Below are positions 53,126 to 64,000 of a stretch of 64,000 bases of DNA, one piece after another. The translations under genes and the position numbers were made by a program. The stretch covers positions 3,658,001 through 3,722,000 of the forward strand of contig OX597824.1 in the NCBI GenBank assembly GCA_951406725.2. The letters run 5' to 3'. Every line of letters starts with the position of its first letter. Within the stretch, counting starts at the first letter, position 1. Origin of the DNA: Octopus vulgaris. Taxonomy: Eukaryota. The notes beneath the pieces are model-generated. The model was not told where the DNA came from. It worked only from the letters and a program-made list of their open reading frames with translations, and ran no database searches.

Positions 53126-56123
53126 GGGTTCAAACTTTTACTAATTTACTATAAAGAAAAAAACAGAGGAGAAGGAATAGCACATAAAAAACACAACAGT
53201 GGAGTCTTTGAGAGGGAGAAGAGAAGTAAAAATAAAAGAAAAAGAAAGCAAAAGAGAAGTAGTAAATTTATGTCTACCAATATAGAAATTTCTTTCTCAT
53301 GCTTCTTTTGGAGTTCACAGACTTCTTTTTGTAATCGGTCAATCTGGAAATCAGAAATATATATTTATAGATTGGTTTCGGGAAGGGCGTCCAGCTGTAG
53401 AAACCATACGAAAATCAGGCTGGAACCATGGTGCGGCTCTCCAGCTTGCCAGTTTCAGTCAAAGAATCTAACCCATGCCGACAATGGAAAGTGGATGCTA
53501 AATGACGATGATGATGATGATGATGATACATACAAAGGGTAAAGACCTCCTTTCGTGATGATTGACCATGGGATTGCACCTAGGAAGTTCCCCTCCAAGG
53601 CACAAATCCGGGCAAGGTTGTTAATGGAAGACCTGCAGTCGGCCATGCATACCAGCTTCCCCTGTCCCACGCCAGTGATGTTATCTAAGAGAAAGGCAAA
53701 GGGGCCGATACAGCTTGGCACCAGTAACATGGCTACTCATTCCTACAGCTGAGTTAACTGGAGCAACGTGAAATAAAGTGTCTTGTTCAAGAACACAACA
53801 TGCAGCCTGGCCTGGGAATCGAACTCACTACCTTGTGATTGTGAGACTGACACTAACCACTGAGCCATGTACCTTCACATACATATATACATACATACAT
53901 ACATATATACATACATACATACCTATATACATATATAACAGAAGAATTCAGAACTGGATGGCCATGGGAACTACTATATAATAATAATAATAATAATGAA
54001 ATTATTGTATACAGTGCTCAGGTGCACCACAACTTGTCAAAAGAGCGCATAAAGCATATGCAGTAATGCACAAATATCTGGAAAGTGAAGAGTGTATGAG
54101 TCAGACACGTGGTGGTGGTGGTGGTGATCATGATGATGATGATGACTGCTATTTATAGCAAATCTTCATAGGATCCCTCATCTCTCTTTCTACATTAGTG
54201 AAAAAAAGGGAGTATTCATAGAAACATCAGACTGAAAAGGATTGGAATTAAAGATCATAAAGCATTTTTGTCCCACACTCTACCAATTCCGTTCACTGAT
54301 ACTCTACCAACCGATTCCCTCTCTTCTCTACCCTGTCATATTCTACCCACCCAATTTGTGACCACTCTATTACTAAGTCATCCACTTCTCTAACAACCCA
54401 TCACAACTAGAAATCTCTCCCTCTCACCTTATCCTTCATCATCCCTACCACACACCTAGAGTTAATGTTCACTCTTCTATTCTCTCTCAGTTATGGGGGC
54501 CACTTTAGGTCATTAGTCTTGCAAATTACAAGACAATAATTCCTAGTGCTGGTGCCACAAAAGAAACCCCCAGTACACTCTGTAAAGTGGTTGGGAAGGG
54601 CATCCAAGCCATAGAAACCATTCCAAAGCAAACAATGAAGCATGACACAGTTCTTTGACTCATCAGGTCTCAGCAAACCATCCAGCACCCATTCCAGCTT
54701 GGAAGACAAGCATTTAATGACAATGACGATGATGATGATGATGACGATGATGATGACGATGATGATGATGATGATGATGACAGCAATGATGATAATAAAT
54801 TCACTTATGCTCTACCAATTCTGCCAATGAATCCACATTCTCCAGAATTGGCATATGGACACCAAATACTTTCTCACACTCATAGCAATCCATGCAGAAG
54901 TCAAAATTTACACACCCATTCAACCATGGTTCCAGCCTAACTAAAGAACAAATGAGAGAAACACTGAAAGAAATGCCAGCATACAGATTCGTCTTTTTTG
55001 CCATCTTGGTTTTTCAGATAGTTCAGCACTTCGATGGTGTCCCATTCAACCTGGCAGATCTGACTTTGCAGGGATTCATTTTCCATGAGCAACTTAAAGG
55101 CATATTCCCTGGAAATAATAAAACATAAAAAGAAAAGAAACAAAGGAAAAAGGACAGATGATGTGGGAAGGGATGATGAGATGAGAAGAGGCTGAGGAAG
55201 GAAAGATGGAAGAAAAATGACAAAAACAACCTAACCCTAACCCTAAAATAAGGAAGGAGACTACAAGCAAGTGAAAGAAAAGAACTCCCTAATTCTGTCC
55301 TCATGACCCTGTTCCCTGTATCATTGCAATCCAGTAGCCCCCCACCCACTTCTATGCACCCAGGTTTTCCCCACTCACTGCATTTCCCTCCCCCACTCCC
55401 TAGCCACACTTCTTTGGCCCTGCCACTTGCCACCAGACATCTCTCTCTCTCTCCTTTTACTCAACCATCTCATAATCTGATCCCTATCCCTTCTGAGTGT
55501 GTCTGGCATTTTGCCACTATCTCTCTCCTGCTCTCTTTTGCACTCCTGTTGTCTCTCACTCTCTCTCTCCTTTTCCTGCTCTTCCTTCAGGCTGAGTAAC
55601 CATGCATCTCCTTTACAGTAAGACACCTGTTTCTCTCTCTCTCTCTCTCTCTCCCTCGCTATAATCTTTCATCAACTAAATCAAGATCTCCTCCTCCAAT
55701 GCCCCCCTCCTTTCTCAAAGAATCTTTGTCTTGCAAATTACTTGGTGGTCCCACCAGTGCTGGTGCCACTTAAAAAAAGCATCCAGTTCACACTGTAAAG
55801 TGGTTGGCATTTGGAAGGGAATCCAGCTGTAAAAACCATACCAAAACTGACCTTGCCTAAGTTCACTTTGCAAAGTGGTTGGTGTTAGGAAGGACATCCA
55901 GCCGTAAAACTTTGTTAAAACAGACACAGAAGTCTGGTGCAGGTGGACATTAAACGATGTAAATGATGATGATGATGATAATAAAAGGGAAAATGACTGA
56001 GAATGAATAAAATTTGTATGTTACCTGTAATGTAATTTGGTTTTCTCTGCATTGTTTAACCTAATCCCCCAAATAGCTGAGTTGGCGGCTGCAAGACCAG
56101 CGTTGCTTTCCCGCTTCTTTTTG
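34280..56123 (-). CDS. BBOF1: Basal body orientation factor 1 (BBOF1/CCDC176), spliced, 5'-partial; exons in transcript order 56025-56123, 54985-55108, 53278-53343, 52236-52379, 49932-50012, 47692-47762, 45599-45812, 43166-43437, 41751-41903, 38069-38239, 34280-34367
   Basis: 1483 nt joined in phase with GT-AG borders. Coiled-coil protein with BBOF1 hallmarks: AANSAIWGIRL, VLNYLKNQD, ERKFFEDK, VLEQRNDLESFF, EHPKIRTF, STNNVYNDF, DLTWEQKESVL, TFLTQ. Confidence 0.94.
34955..35915 (+). mobile_element. RTE-clade LINE 3' fragment
   Basis: AWAKFRQFLPLL, WYGHVL, GRPRKTW, then the shared 3' UTR. Confidence 0.85.
36707..36826 (-). ncRNA. Degenerate hammerhead-like motif with long stem II, in a (TA)n-flanked element (about 36500-36955)
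   Basis: ttgac-CTTAGGA-gtgactgatttggg...cctaagtcagccat-GAAAC-GCAC-GTA-atcaa. Confidence 0.5.
37095..37182 (-). ncRNA. Antisense-arm copy of the hammerhead motif
   Basis: tgtgg-CTGAAGA-gtg...cat-GAAAC-GATT-GTA-ctgca. Confidence 0.6.
37261..37348 (+). ncRNA. Type I hammerhead ribozyme motif with extended stem II
   Basis: tgtgg-CTGAAGA-ttgc...(59-nt hairpin)...gcat-GAAAC-GATT-GTA-ctaca. Confidence 0.65.
37442..38005 (+). mobile_element. Mariner 5' half with left TIR
   Basis: ta|ttgggtcattccataaat; FNKGNNAMESVRNI, EPRPERSVELDED, LDQWVPH. Confidence 0.85.
38069..38239 (-). CDS. BBOF1: BBOF1 exon (NITDVQIDVKDLTWEQKE...ENP)
   Basis: 171 nt, AG/GT borders. Confidence 0.93.
38300..41050 (+). mobile_element. 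Decayed Penelope-like retroelement (RT + GIY-YIG) in a BBOF1 intron, interrupted by a SINE
   Basis: YVVSLYPS, YTQEEGAAI...VANLSMVWWD, YVEDI, LPVLD, MQFSGY, SVMFIDATPGG, NVVYSLRC...YIGETACS; many stops and frameshifts. Confidence 0.85.
41751..41903 (-). CDS. BBOF1: BBOF1 exon (KLYIQQ...PKIRTF...AAKML)
   Basis: 153 nt, AG/GT borders. Confidence 0.94.
42340..42610 (+). mobile_element. RTE-like LINE 3' end with (AGTCA)n tail
   Basis: LASNRQAWSAFVRDA*-type C-terminus and caagtcaagtcaag tail. Confidence 0.6.
43166..43437 (-). CDS. BBOF1: BBOF1 exon (LLQRIEDLE...IAANR)
   Basis: 272 nt, AG/GT borders. Confidence 0.93.
44958..45513. mobile_element. Interspersed element embedded between (ATT)n tracts (microsatellite-targeting, possibly R4/Dong-related UTR)
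   Basis: Sharp boundaries against (ATT)n on both sides. Confidence 0.5.
45599..45812 (-). CDS. BBOF1: BBOF1 exon (NLNDITKQIYQEN...ENEK)
   Basis: 214 nt, AG/GT borders. Confidence 0.92.
47195..47570. repeat. (CATA)n/(CA)n microsatellite
   Basis: Direct reading. Confidence 0.97.
47692..47762 (-). CDS. BBOF1: BBOF1 exon (FRFEEETNKK...QDAI)
   Basis: 71 nt, AG/GT borders. Confidence 0.88.
49932..50012 (-). CDS. BBOF1: BBOF1 exon (MKEAF...KFFEDK)
   Basis: 81 nt, AG/GT borders. Confidence 0.9.
52236..52379 (-). CDS. BBOF1: BBOF1 exon (TVDFQEQL...KEIDE)
   Basis: 144 nt, AG/GT borders. Confidence 0.9.
52862..52948 (+). ncRNA. Third copy of the extended-stem-II hammerhead motif
   Basis: tgtgg-CTGAAGA...GAAAC-GATT-GTA-ctac. 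Confidence 0.6.
53278..53343 (-). CDS. BBOF1: BBOF1 exon (IDRLQKEVCELQKKHEKEISIL)
   Basis: 66 nt, AG/GT borders; fills the gap to the next exon. Confidence 0.85.
54985..55108 (-). CDS. BBOF1: BBOF1 exon (EYAFKLL...KKDES)
   Basis: AG/GT borders, in phase. Confidence 0.9.
56025..56123 (-). CDS. BBOF1: BBOF1 exon (KKKRESNAGLAAANSAIW...HYR)
   Basis: ttccag| ... ag|gtaac on the minus strand. Confidence 0.9.
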
Positions 56124-56144
56124 CTGGAAAAAACAAGAAAATTG

Positions 56145-56526
56145 GGATCTTTTCGCTTTGACAGGCAGATTTTAAAAATAATTTCTTTGTAACTAAACAC
56201 TTTTAAACTTCGTATACTGGTAGAATGTTTTACATAAAACATCTTTTTCTCTTGGCTTTCTTGAGAAAATTCATATGACACCGCCAGAAAATGTTGTTGA
56301 CAAAATACGGCAGATATTGTATTCACCTCAATAGATGTCATTGATTGGTTGAAATTGCCGAAATGCAGAAAATTAAACAACAAATAGCTTACAAACTACA
56401 GAATTTTCTCAAGAAAGCCAAGAGAAAAAGATGTTTGATGTAACACACTACCAGTATATGAAGTTTAAAAGTGTTTAGTTACAAAGAAATTAGTTTAAAA
56501 ATCTGCCGGTCAAAGTGAAAAGATCC
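56145..56526. mobile_element. MITE with about 127-bp TIRs and 8-bp TSD (gaaaattg); MULE- or hAT-like
   Basis: Arms 56145-56272 and 56401-56526; TSD at 56137-56144 and 56527-56534. Confidence 0.88.
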
Positions 56527-58200
56527 GAAAATTGTAATGATTATTAAAAAAATTAAGTAAAATAAATAAATAGATGTGCAGGCATGGCTGAGTGGTAAGA
56601 AGCTTGCTTCCCAACCACATGGTTCCAGGTTCAGTCACACTGTGTGGCACCTTGGGCAAGTGTCTTCTACTATAGCCTTGGGCCGATCAAACCCTTGTGA
56701 GTAGATTTGGTAGATGGAAACTGAAAGAAGCCCATCATAAATATATATATACGTAAAATTCAAATAAGTTATCATTCTCTATAAAAATAATGATAAAGTG
56801 ACGAGCAAACAGGTTCACATCAAACCCTGACTCTTTATTAGATATATATATATATGTATTTATATGTATTTATATGTATTTATATGTATTTATTTGTGTG
56901 TGTGTGTGTATTTGTCCCCCACCAATCACTTGACAACCAATGTTGGTGTCTTTGTGTATCCATAACTTAGCAGTTCGGCAAAAGAGACCAATAGAATAAG
57001 TACTAGGCTTACAAAGAATAAGTCCTGGGGTCAATTTGTTTGACTAAAGGTGGTGCTCCAGCATGGCCGCAGTCAAATGACTGAAACAAACATGGCATCC
57101 GGGGCAAATATCTTCTGTCATTGGCCCCATGCCAAACAAAGCCTTATGGGTGAATTTGGTAGAGGGAAACTGAAAGAAGCTCATTGTGTGAGTCTCTGTG
57201 TGTGTGTGTGCCTGTGTGTACGTGTGCATGCACGTGTGTGTGCGTGTTCACATATTTGTGCATGTGTGTGTCTGTGTGTATTTGTGCATGTGTTATGCAT
57301 GTGTGTGCATGCATTTACATGTGTGTGCATGTGTGTGTGCACGTGTGTTGGTGTTGCTGGGATCTTTGGTCCTATGCAGTGTCGTCCCATTCTGCAAGCT
57401 TATTGGTGGTGGTTTTGACAGAATCATTAGAATACTGAACAGTAAGCTTGCAGTATTAAGCTATGGACCTCTGCATCCTCATTTCAAATTACACTGATTC
57501 TACTTGAGAATTATGCTGTAGCTGTGTAATTAAGGTAATTAAGAAGTTTGCTTCCTAACCATATGGTTTCAGGCTCAGCTCCACAATGTGAAACCTCGGG
57601 CAAGTATCTTCTATTATGGCCCTGGGTCAATCAAAGCTTTGTGAGTGAATTTGGCAGTCAGAAACTGAAAGAAGTTCCACAGTGCATGCATGTGTGTGTG
57701 ATTGCTTGTTTGGTTGTTTGTTTCTTTGTTTCCCTATCACATGATTGTTGTAAATGAACATCATACACTTCCGGCATTCTGTAGAGACATGCCTGGCCAT
57801 GGGGAAACATTACCCCACTTGGAAATAAGTGAGACTTGGTGACCAATGCCAGAACGGGACGACACTGCATAGGGCCAAAGATCCCAGCAACACCATCACG
57901 CCCCAGGTCCAGTTACTGCAACAGCCTGGGTTTCAGGGACCCCACAGCTTTTTAATATTCTCCAAAAGAGCCTGAGGTACCTGCACAAAGTAGATGTAGG
58001 GGTTTTTAAATCAAATCTTCCTGTCGAGAGTCCCAGATGAACCTACCTCACGGCAAGAGGTGCAAATGAGGGTAGCTACACCAAACTCCATTCTTCACCA
58101 AGTGCCACATATTGGAGGAGGCTCTCAGTAATTACAGTGTAGCAAAACAGCGGTGCATCAGCATGGCTGCAGCTATGAACTGAAGCTACAGCAAAAAACA

Positions 58201-58231
<31 letters not shown>

Positions 58232-58359
58232 TATACATATATATATACACACATATATATACATATATATATACACACATATATATACATATATACACAT
58301 ATATATATACATATATATATACACACATATATATACATATATTTATATATACATATATA

Positions 58360-58740
58360 CAGTGCGTTGAGGTTGTTTCTTTGGCAAACTTGTAGAAAGC
58401 TTTATGATTAGATTTTATGTTGTCTATATCCCGGGCTTCTTTGTCTGCTCTTTCTTTTCCATGGGAGAGTTGCAGATTTTTCTCAAACAATTGTATTTTC
58501 AGGGGGGTGGGGGAGTTTTCACTGCTTTCAATTTGTTTGTTTAGGCAATTTGAAAGTTTTGTACTCTGTCTCATAAGAACTTCCCTCTCTCTGGGGATTT
58601 TGTTCTTGTGTACAGTGGCCTTTGTCACCAGGACGCATTTGTAGCATATGGCTTGCAATACAGACATGAAGTGAGATTTGAGAGACATTTGGCTGGCGTT
58701 TCTAGCAGACTGAATCACAACTTAAAAACTTCTTGGTTCG
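58360..58740 (-). mobile_element. CR1-group LINE ORF2 internal fragment
   Basis: [14 protein letters not shown] motif. Confidence 0.65.
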
Positions 58741-59249
58741 TTTGTAATGACATAATTCATTTAGATATGACAGTAAAGTGTTTTCTGATATGTATTTTTG
58801 CTGCTCTTTCTAGCAGACAGTATGACCACCAAGAGGCTGGTTGTTAACTACTCGTTATGACAATTTAATTAGATATGAAATAGTTGGTCACAATAACAAT
58901 TTTTGTCACAATTTGCTTGTGACATTTCCATCACAGATGGAAGCATTTCCTGCAAGAATCATTCATGATTACACATGATAGATAATCATGTGAAGAAAAA
59001 TGTCAAGCAAGGAATATAATAAACTGCCATGTACTACTTTAGTGTGTGTATAGAGTGCAACATAAAAATCTTCAGTTTCACTATTCTTGAATCATTTCGA
59101 AAGTAAACACTGTGTACGCCAGTTCAAAGCACGGTGGTGACTAAGAAATGGTAAAGCTTTAGATAATTACAGACTCCATTACCACCAGCCTAACTTCACT
59201 GGCACCACACGAACGGACATGCAAAACACGGGAGGTTTTCCAGCGATAT

Positions 59250-60195
59250 CTCTATATTTCTGACTAGTTTCCCTTCTTTTATTATGATGTGAGGTGGTAT
59301 CTCAGTAGTCCTGTAGGGCGCCAACAGATGGCAGCACACATGGTTGTGTGTGCAGTGAGAGCTAACAGTGACCCTCATGGGGCAGTGTGACATCATTGTG
59401 TTGACTTTGTGTTTTTGTGATCGTGTGTTTGCTGTCGTCTGCTAAACTCTGCCAAATCAAGATTGGAGCCTGGTGCAGCCATCTGGTTCACCAGCCCTCA
59501 GTCAAACCGTCCAACTCATGCTAGCATGGAAAGCGGATGTTAAACAATGATGATGATGATGATGATGTGTTTGCTGCCGTCTGCAATTTTGTCATGGACA
59601 GGGAGTTGGAACAAAGAGGCAACAGGAAACTTTGCGTTAAACTTGGGAAGTCTGCTACAGAGACATTGAGCAGGCTTTGGCAAGCTTATGGTGATGAGGC
59701 AATGGGTCATACGCAATGTTTCGAGTGGCACGAGTGCTTCAGAAGCAGAAGAGATGTCCCCGGAAGATGATAAGTGATCTGGAAGAGCTGCCATGAGTGT
59801 CACCCCTGGAAACGTGGAGAAAATTCATCAGTGTGTGGCATGAGGATCGTCAGAGGACCATCAGCAACATTGCTGCTGTTGCTTTGCTGTATGGATCCAT
59901 GCAGGCATGGATTCAACCCCCCCCCACCTGCAGATCACTGAGCAGAAAGACCATTGCGTCAAAGTCTGTCAAGATTTCCCTCAGCATGCTGCTGTCATGA
60001 TGGGAGTGGCTGTCACAATGGAAGAGCCCTTCATCTCCATGACCTGAGGAAGGAATGACAGAGTTGCAGCAGAACCAAGAGCAAGCTCATCGTTTCTTTC
60101 TGAGATCCGCAGTATTGTACATCAATAATTTGTCCCCCAGGGCCGCCAGACCATCAATCGAGAGTTCTACTGTGATATTTTGAAGTGCTTTGGCA
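59250..60195 (+). mobile_element. Decayed mariner transposon
   Basis: EQRGNRKLCVKLGKSATETL...QAYGDEAM...CFEWH; QTINREFYCDILK. Confidence 0.85.
59443..59565 (+). mobile_element. Short 5'-truncated RTE-tail insertion with 19-bp TSD inside the mariner
   Basis: tgtgtttgctg(t/c)cgtctgc at 59424-59442 and 59566-59584; (GAT)n tail. Confidence 0.85.
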
Positions 60196-60203
60196 TTGAA
60201 ACA

Positions 60204-62330
60204 CTAATAATTGAATGATCCACCACTTGTTCGAAACTGGAATTTAACACCTTTTTCCATGTCACCAAATGGATACTTCAGCATCACTGAAAAGAAGAAT
60301 GCAAACAAAACAGTGGCCATGATACATCCTTGCTTTGTGCTGTTTGCAACATCAAAGGAAACTGAAGATTCCCTGCCAGAAACAATAGTAGCTTTCATTC
60401 CCTCATGAAAGAAAATGATAACATCAACACCTTGTTAGATATACCAAGTTTTTTCAGAACTTCTATATGTGTGTGTGTGTGTTTCTTCTATTTTTTAATT
60501 ATTATAAATCTACCACTGAGGAGGGAGCTGGTTTACAACAAAGATACTAGGCTCCATCTTTGGGATGTAGCTAACACAGACAAAATTCACATTTGGAACT
60601 TGAGAAAAGTCTTGCATATTTTTACTGTTCCATCTGCAGATTTCACTTGCAATGTACGAATCAGCCAGTCAAATTCTCTTTCTGAAAATCCCAGTTTATC
60701 CAGATTCTCCTTTAAGTATTTACTAACACAATCTAGTGTTCCAGTTATTATTTGTATAAAGACGAATTCATAGACTGGAGAAAGCTGGAGGTTTCGAAGC
60801 AGTTGACCAGAGATATCCTCTTTTCCTTTGATTTTCAAAAAGATATTTATATCTGCAGGGCAGCTAACCTCTATGATAGTACATACCGTTGTCCCTCTGT
60901 TCCCAAACAACAATATCCAACCTGTTATACTTACATCTGACAGAAGTTTTGATGGGAATATTCCACCAGTATTCCTTGAGTTGATGTGTTTTGAATGTGC
61001 TCTATAATAGAGGGATTTTCGAAGTTTATTTCAGGATTGTCTTTTTTTGCAGATAGCATTGTGAATTGTTTTAGCAACAACATAAGGAGGTAGTACCGTG
61101 ACATTTTAGGACAGCTGTTAATCACATGTGTGATGTCTTCCACAGAAACATGACATAGGCTACACATGCGGTTGCACCTTCAGATTACAAGAGCATCATT
61201 GTCTCTCTTGTTCACCGGGTACTTTGTGGCAGTCTCCTGTTCCTGAATTGCAAACGCACAGCCTTCAAAGTGTGATGTGATGTAGTGGTCTTGTGTCCAA
61301 GAGAGGTTGTGCTTCATGTCAAGTCTACTGCCTTCTTCAAACTTCCAGGCAACATACCCACGCATGGTCTTTTGTTTCTGTATGCTGAGGTCTTCTCTGA
61401 GGTAAGAGAGTCTAGCTGTTCCGGGGGCTGCATAGGAGATCATCAGGGAAAGACTGCTTCTTGTCGAGTCTGCTGCCAATGCATACAATGCTGCTCACCT
61501 CACTTTTCAGGACTGCATCAATACATTTAATTCTGCTGCTGGTGTTTAGCAGGTGCTGCTTGAGTGATGCCATGTGGCACTGGAAGGCCATCTGCACTGA
61601 TCTCAAGCCTCTATCACCTTCATTTCTTCTTAGGTAGAGATTGTGGACAGATGTTTGGGCATCCATTTATCCACCATTCAAACAATATGGCCACAGCATC
61701 TCATTTGGTTCCTCAAAATCATAGCTTTAATCGAGGTGATGCCTGCAGATGCAAGGACATCTGTGTTTGGAGTAAAAGAATTCCATTTGATGTTTAAAAT
61801 GCGATGAAGGGATTTTTGGTGGAGTTGTTCTAACAATTTGAAATGTCTTTCATAACATGTTCATGTTTCACAAGAATACAACAGGGATGATAAGACAAAT
61901 GATTTGTAAAGAGCCATCTTTGTATTGATATATGTGTCGCTGGCACCAAACACGTGACTCCAAGCCACCAAATGCTTTTGCTACCCTTTGAATTCGCAGC
62001 TGTATTTCTGTATCAAAATTTCCATCATTTTGTACAGAGCTTCCAAGGTAGACGAACGAATCGACAACCTCAAGTAACTTTCCCTTAACAAAAATTTTAG
62101 TGGGGCTACAAACAGCACCACATGCAAGTTGGGGCATTACAACTGATTTTTTTTTTCAAGTTGATGGTCAAACCAAAATCATCACAAGCTGAGTCAAATG
62201 CAGATACAAGATATTGCAGACTTGTTTCAGAATGACTGACAAGATCGCAGGGGTCAGCATATAAAGGTTCCCTAATGAGTGAAGTAAAAACCTTCGTTTT
62301 GAATTTCAGTTGAAACATTCCTGTCACAAA
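60204..62330 (-). mobile_element. Fragments of a second RTE/BovB-like family flanking the RLE element (60204-60460; 61700-62330)
   Basis: KQGCIMATVLF, LYADPCDL, FGLTINLKK, VDSFVYLGS. Confidence 0.75.
60490..61700 (-). mobile_element. R4/NeSL-type RLE non-LTR retrotransposon 3' fragment
   Basis: LYLRRNEGDRGL, FAIQEQE, CCHC knuckle CSLC...HVINSC, IIEVSCPADINI. Confidence 0.85.
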
Positions 62331-62590
62331 CTGAGACCTTGAGGACTGCTTTAATGCAAGAAAGTATACTAGTCCCTTAATATTTGATATTCAACATTTC
62401 ATCTATTCAATAAGACAATCAATACTTCATTTTATTATATTACTATATATACTTTTTATACTATATATGCTATGTATTCTATATTCTACATTAATATTAT
62501 AAATAATATAAATAAAATATAAAAAACAAAGTTGGAATTTCTTTGAATAATATATATCCCTCTATACACAATCATACAAACCCCTTTTTA

Positions 62591-62627
<37 letters not shown>

Positions 62628-62630
<3 letters not shown>

Positions 62631-64000
62631 GTCGTCATCCGTTTTCCATGCTAGCATGGGTTGGACAGTTCAATCAAGGTCTTGATGCCAGGAGGCTACA
62701 CCATGCTCCAGTCTGATCTGGCAGTGTTTCTACAGCTGCATGCCCCTCCTAATGCCAACCACTCCGTGAGAGTAGTGGGTGCTTTTTACGTGCCACCAGC
62801 ACAGGTATCACAACTACAATTTCCATTTGATTTTTACTTTGATGTTCATGTACTTGACTCAATAGGTCTCCTCAAGCACAGCAGGTGACCCTATGATCCA
62901 AGGTAAGCATAGCAGGCCGTTCTGCAAGCCAAGGTACTTTGGATGGTCTGGGGCTGCTATGTGAAGCTGGTGCAGGAAACAGCCATGAATTCACGTTACT
63001 TGTCAGGTCTTCACAGTCACAGCATATCTCCAGAGATCTCGGTTTGTTTGTCATTACCTCTGTGAGGCCCAACGTTCGAAGGTCATGCTTGACCACCTCA
63101 TCCCATGTCTTCTTGGGTCTACCTCTACCCCGGATTCCTTCAGCTGTTTGGGAGTGGCACTACTTCACACATCTCTCCTCATCCATCCATAGTACATGAC
63201 CATACCAGCGTAAACATCACTCCTGCATGCCACATCCATGCTTCTTATGGCCAGCATTTCTCTCCAGGTGCTTACACTCTCTCGTGCATGAACACTGACA
63301 TTACACATCCAACGGATCATGCTAGCTTCATTTATTTTGAGCCTATGAATGTCCTCTGCAGCCACAGCCCATATTTCACCACGGTGAAGCATGGCAGTTC
63401 ACATACATGCATCGTACAATCTACCTTTCACTCTGAGCAAGAGGCCCTTTGTCACCAGTAGGGGTGGAAGCTTTCAAAACTTTGCCCAGGCTATTCTTAT
63501 TCTAGTGGTAACACTCTCTGAGCATCCACCCCAACTACTAACTTGGTCACCTAGGTAGCGGAAACTATCAACTACTGATAGTTTCTTCCCCTGGAGTGTG
63601 ATGGAATCTGTTTTCTGAGTATCTGAGGTGTATATTGCATCTGTGCATCTGCCACACACAAAGCTATCTTCTTGGTTAATTTTCCTTTATGTTGCTGCAC
63701 CTCTTATGTGTCCATAGCTTACACTGGGTACATCTTATGGAGTTTCTACCTACACCTTTTCTACAGATTGAGCAGGGCCACCTACCTGAGGGTGTGTGTG
63801 ATAAGTTTGCCTTCCTACTTACTAAAACTTTGGTCTTTGCTACATTGACTCTAAGGCCTTTTGATTCTAAACCTAGCTTCCACACCCAAAATTTCTTTTC
63901 TAGTTCTGGTAGTGATTCTGCTATGAGAGCCAGGTCATCAGCATAGAGGAGCTCCCAGGGGCAACCTGTCTTGAATTCCTCTGTTATTGCCTGGAGGACT
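62628..64000 (-). mobile_element. RTE-clade LINE 3' portion, runs off the window
   Basis: PWELLYADDLAL, GLRVNVAKTKV, RIAWAKF, GRGRPKKTW. Confidence 0.92.

Noticed and set aside
55228-55246. Interstitial telomeric (CCCTAA)n
   Set aside because: Fewer than three full units; compatible with chance.
56530-64000. BBOF1 first coding exon or promoter
   Set aside because: No convincing ATG-bearing Lys-rich exon with a phase-2 donor was found; it probably lies outside the window.

Overview
Eukaryotic, AT-rich, repeat-dense genomic DNA, most likely from an octopus or related cephalopod (inferred from the SINE/RTE repeat families and (TA)n/(CAT)n landscape). Two spliced genes converge. On + is an equilibrative nucleoside transporter (SLC29/ENT family; 11 exons from 28 to the stop at 25170; 5' end outside the window). 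On - is BBOF1/CCDC176 (11 exons from 56123 to the stop at 34280; first exon not found). All exons were read by hand with GT-AG borders and consistent phases. Nearly all ORFs in the supplied track are microsatellite artefacts or transposon debris (RTE, CR1/L2-like, R4-like RLE, Penelope-like, Tc1/mariner, tRNA-derived SINEs). The most unusual signal is a set of unrelated short elements, mostly embedded in (TA)n and often long fold-back palindromes. Each carries a minimal type I hammerhead-ribozyme topology (stem I, CUGANGA-like core, stem II, GAAA, palindromic mini stem III, NUH, stem I'). Some cores are canonical and others deviate, and decayed Penelope-like RT/GIY-YIG elements lie in the same window. 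Several insertions also abut splice sites.
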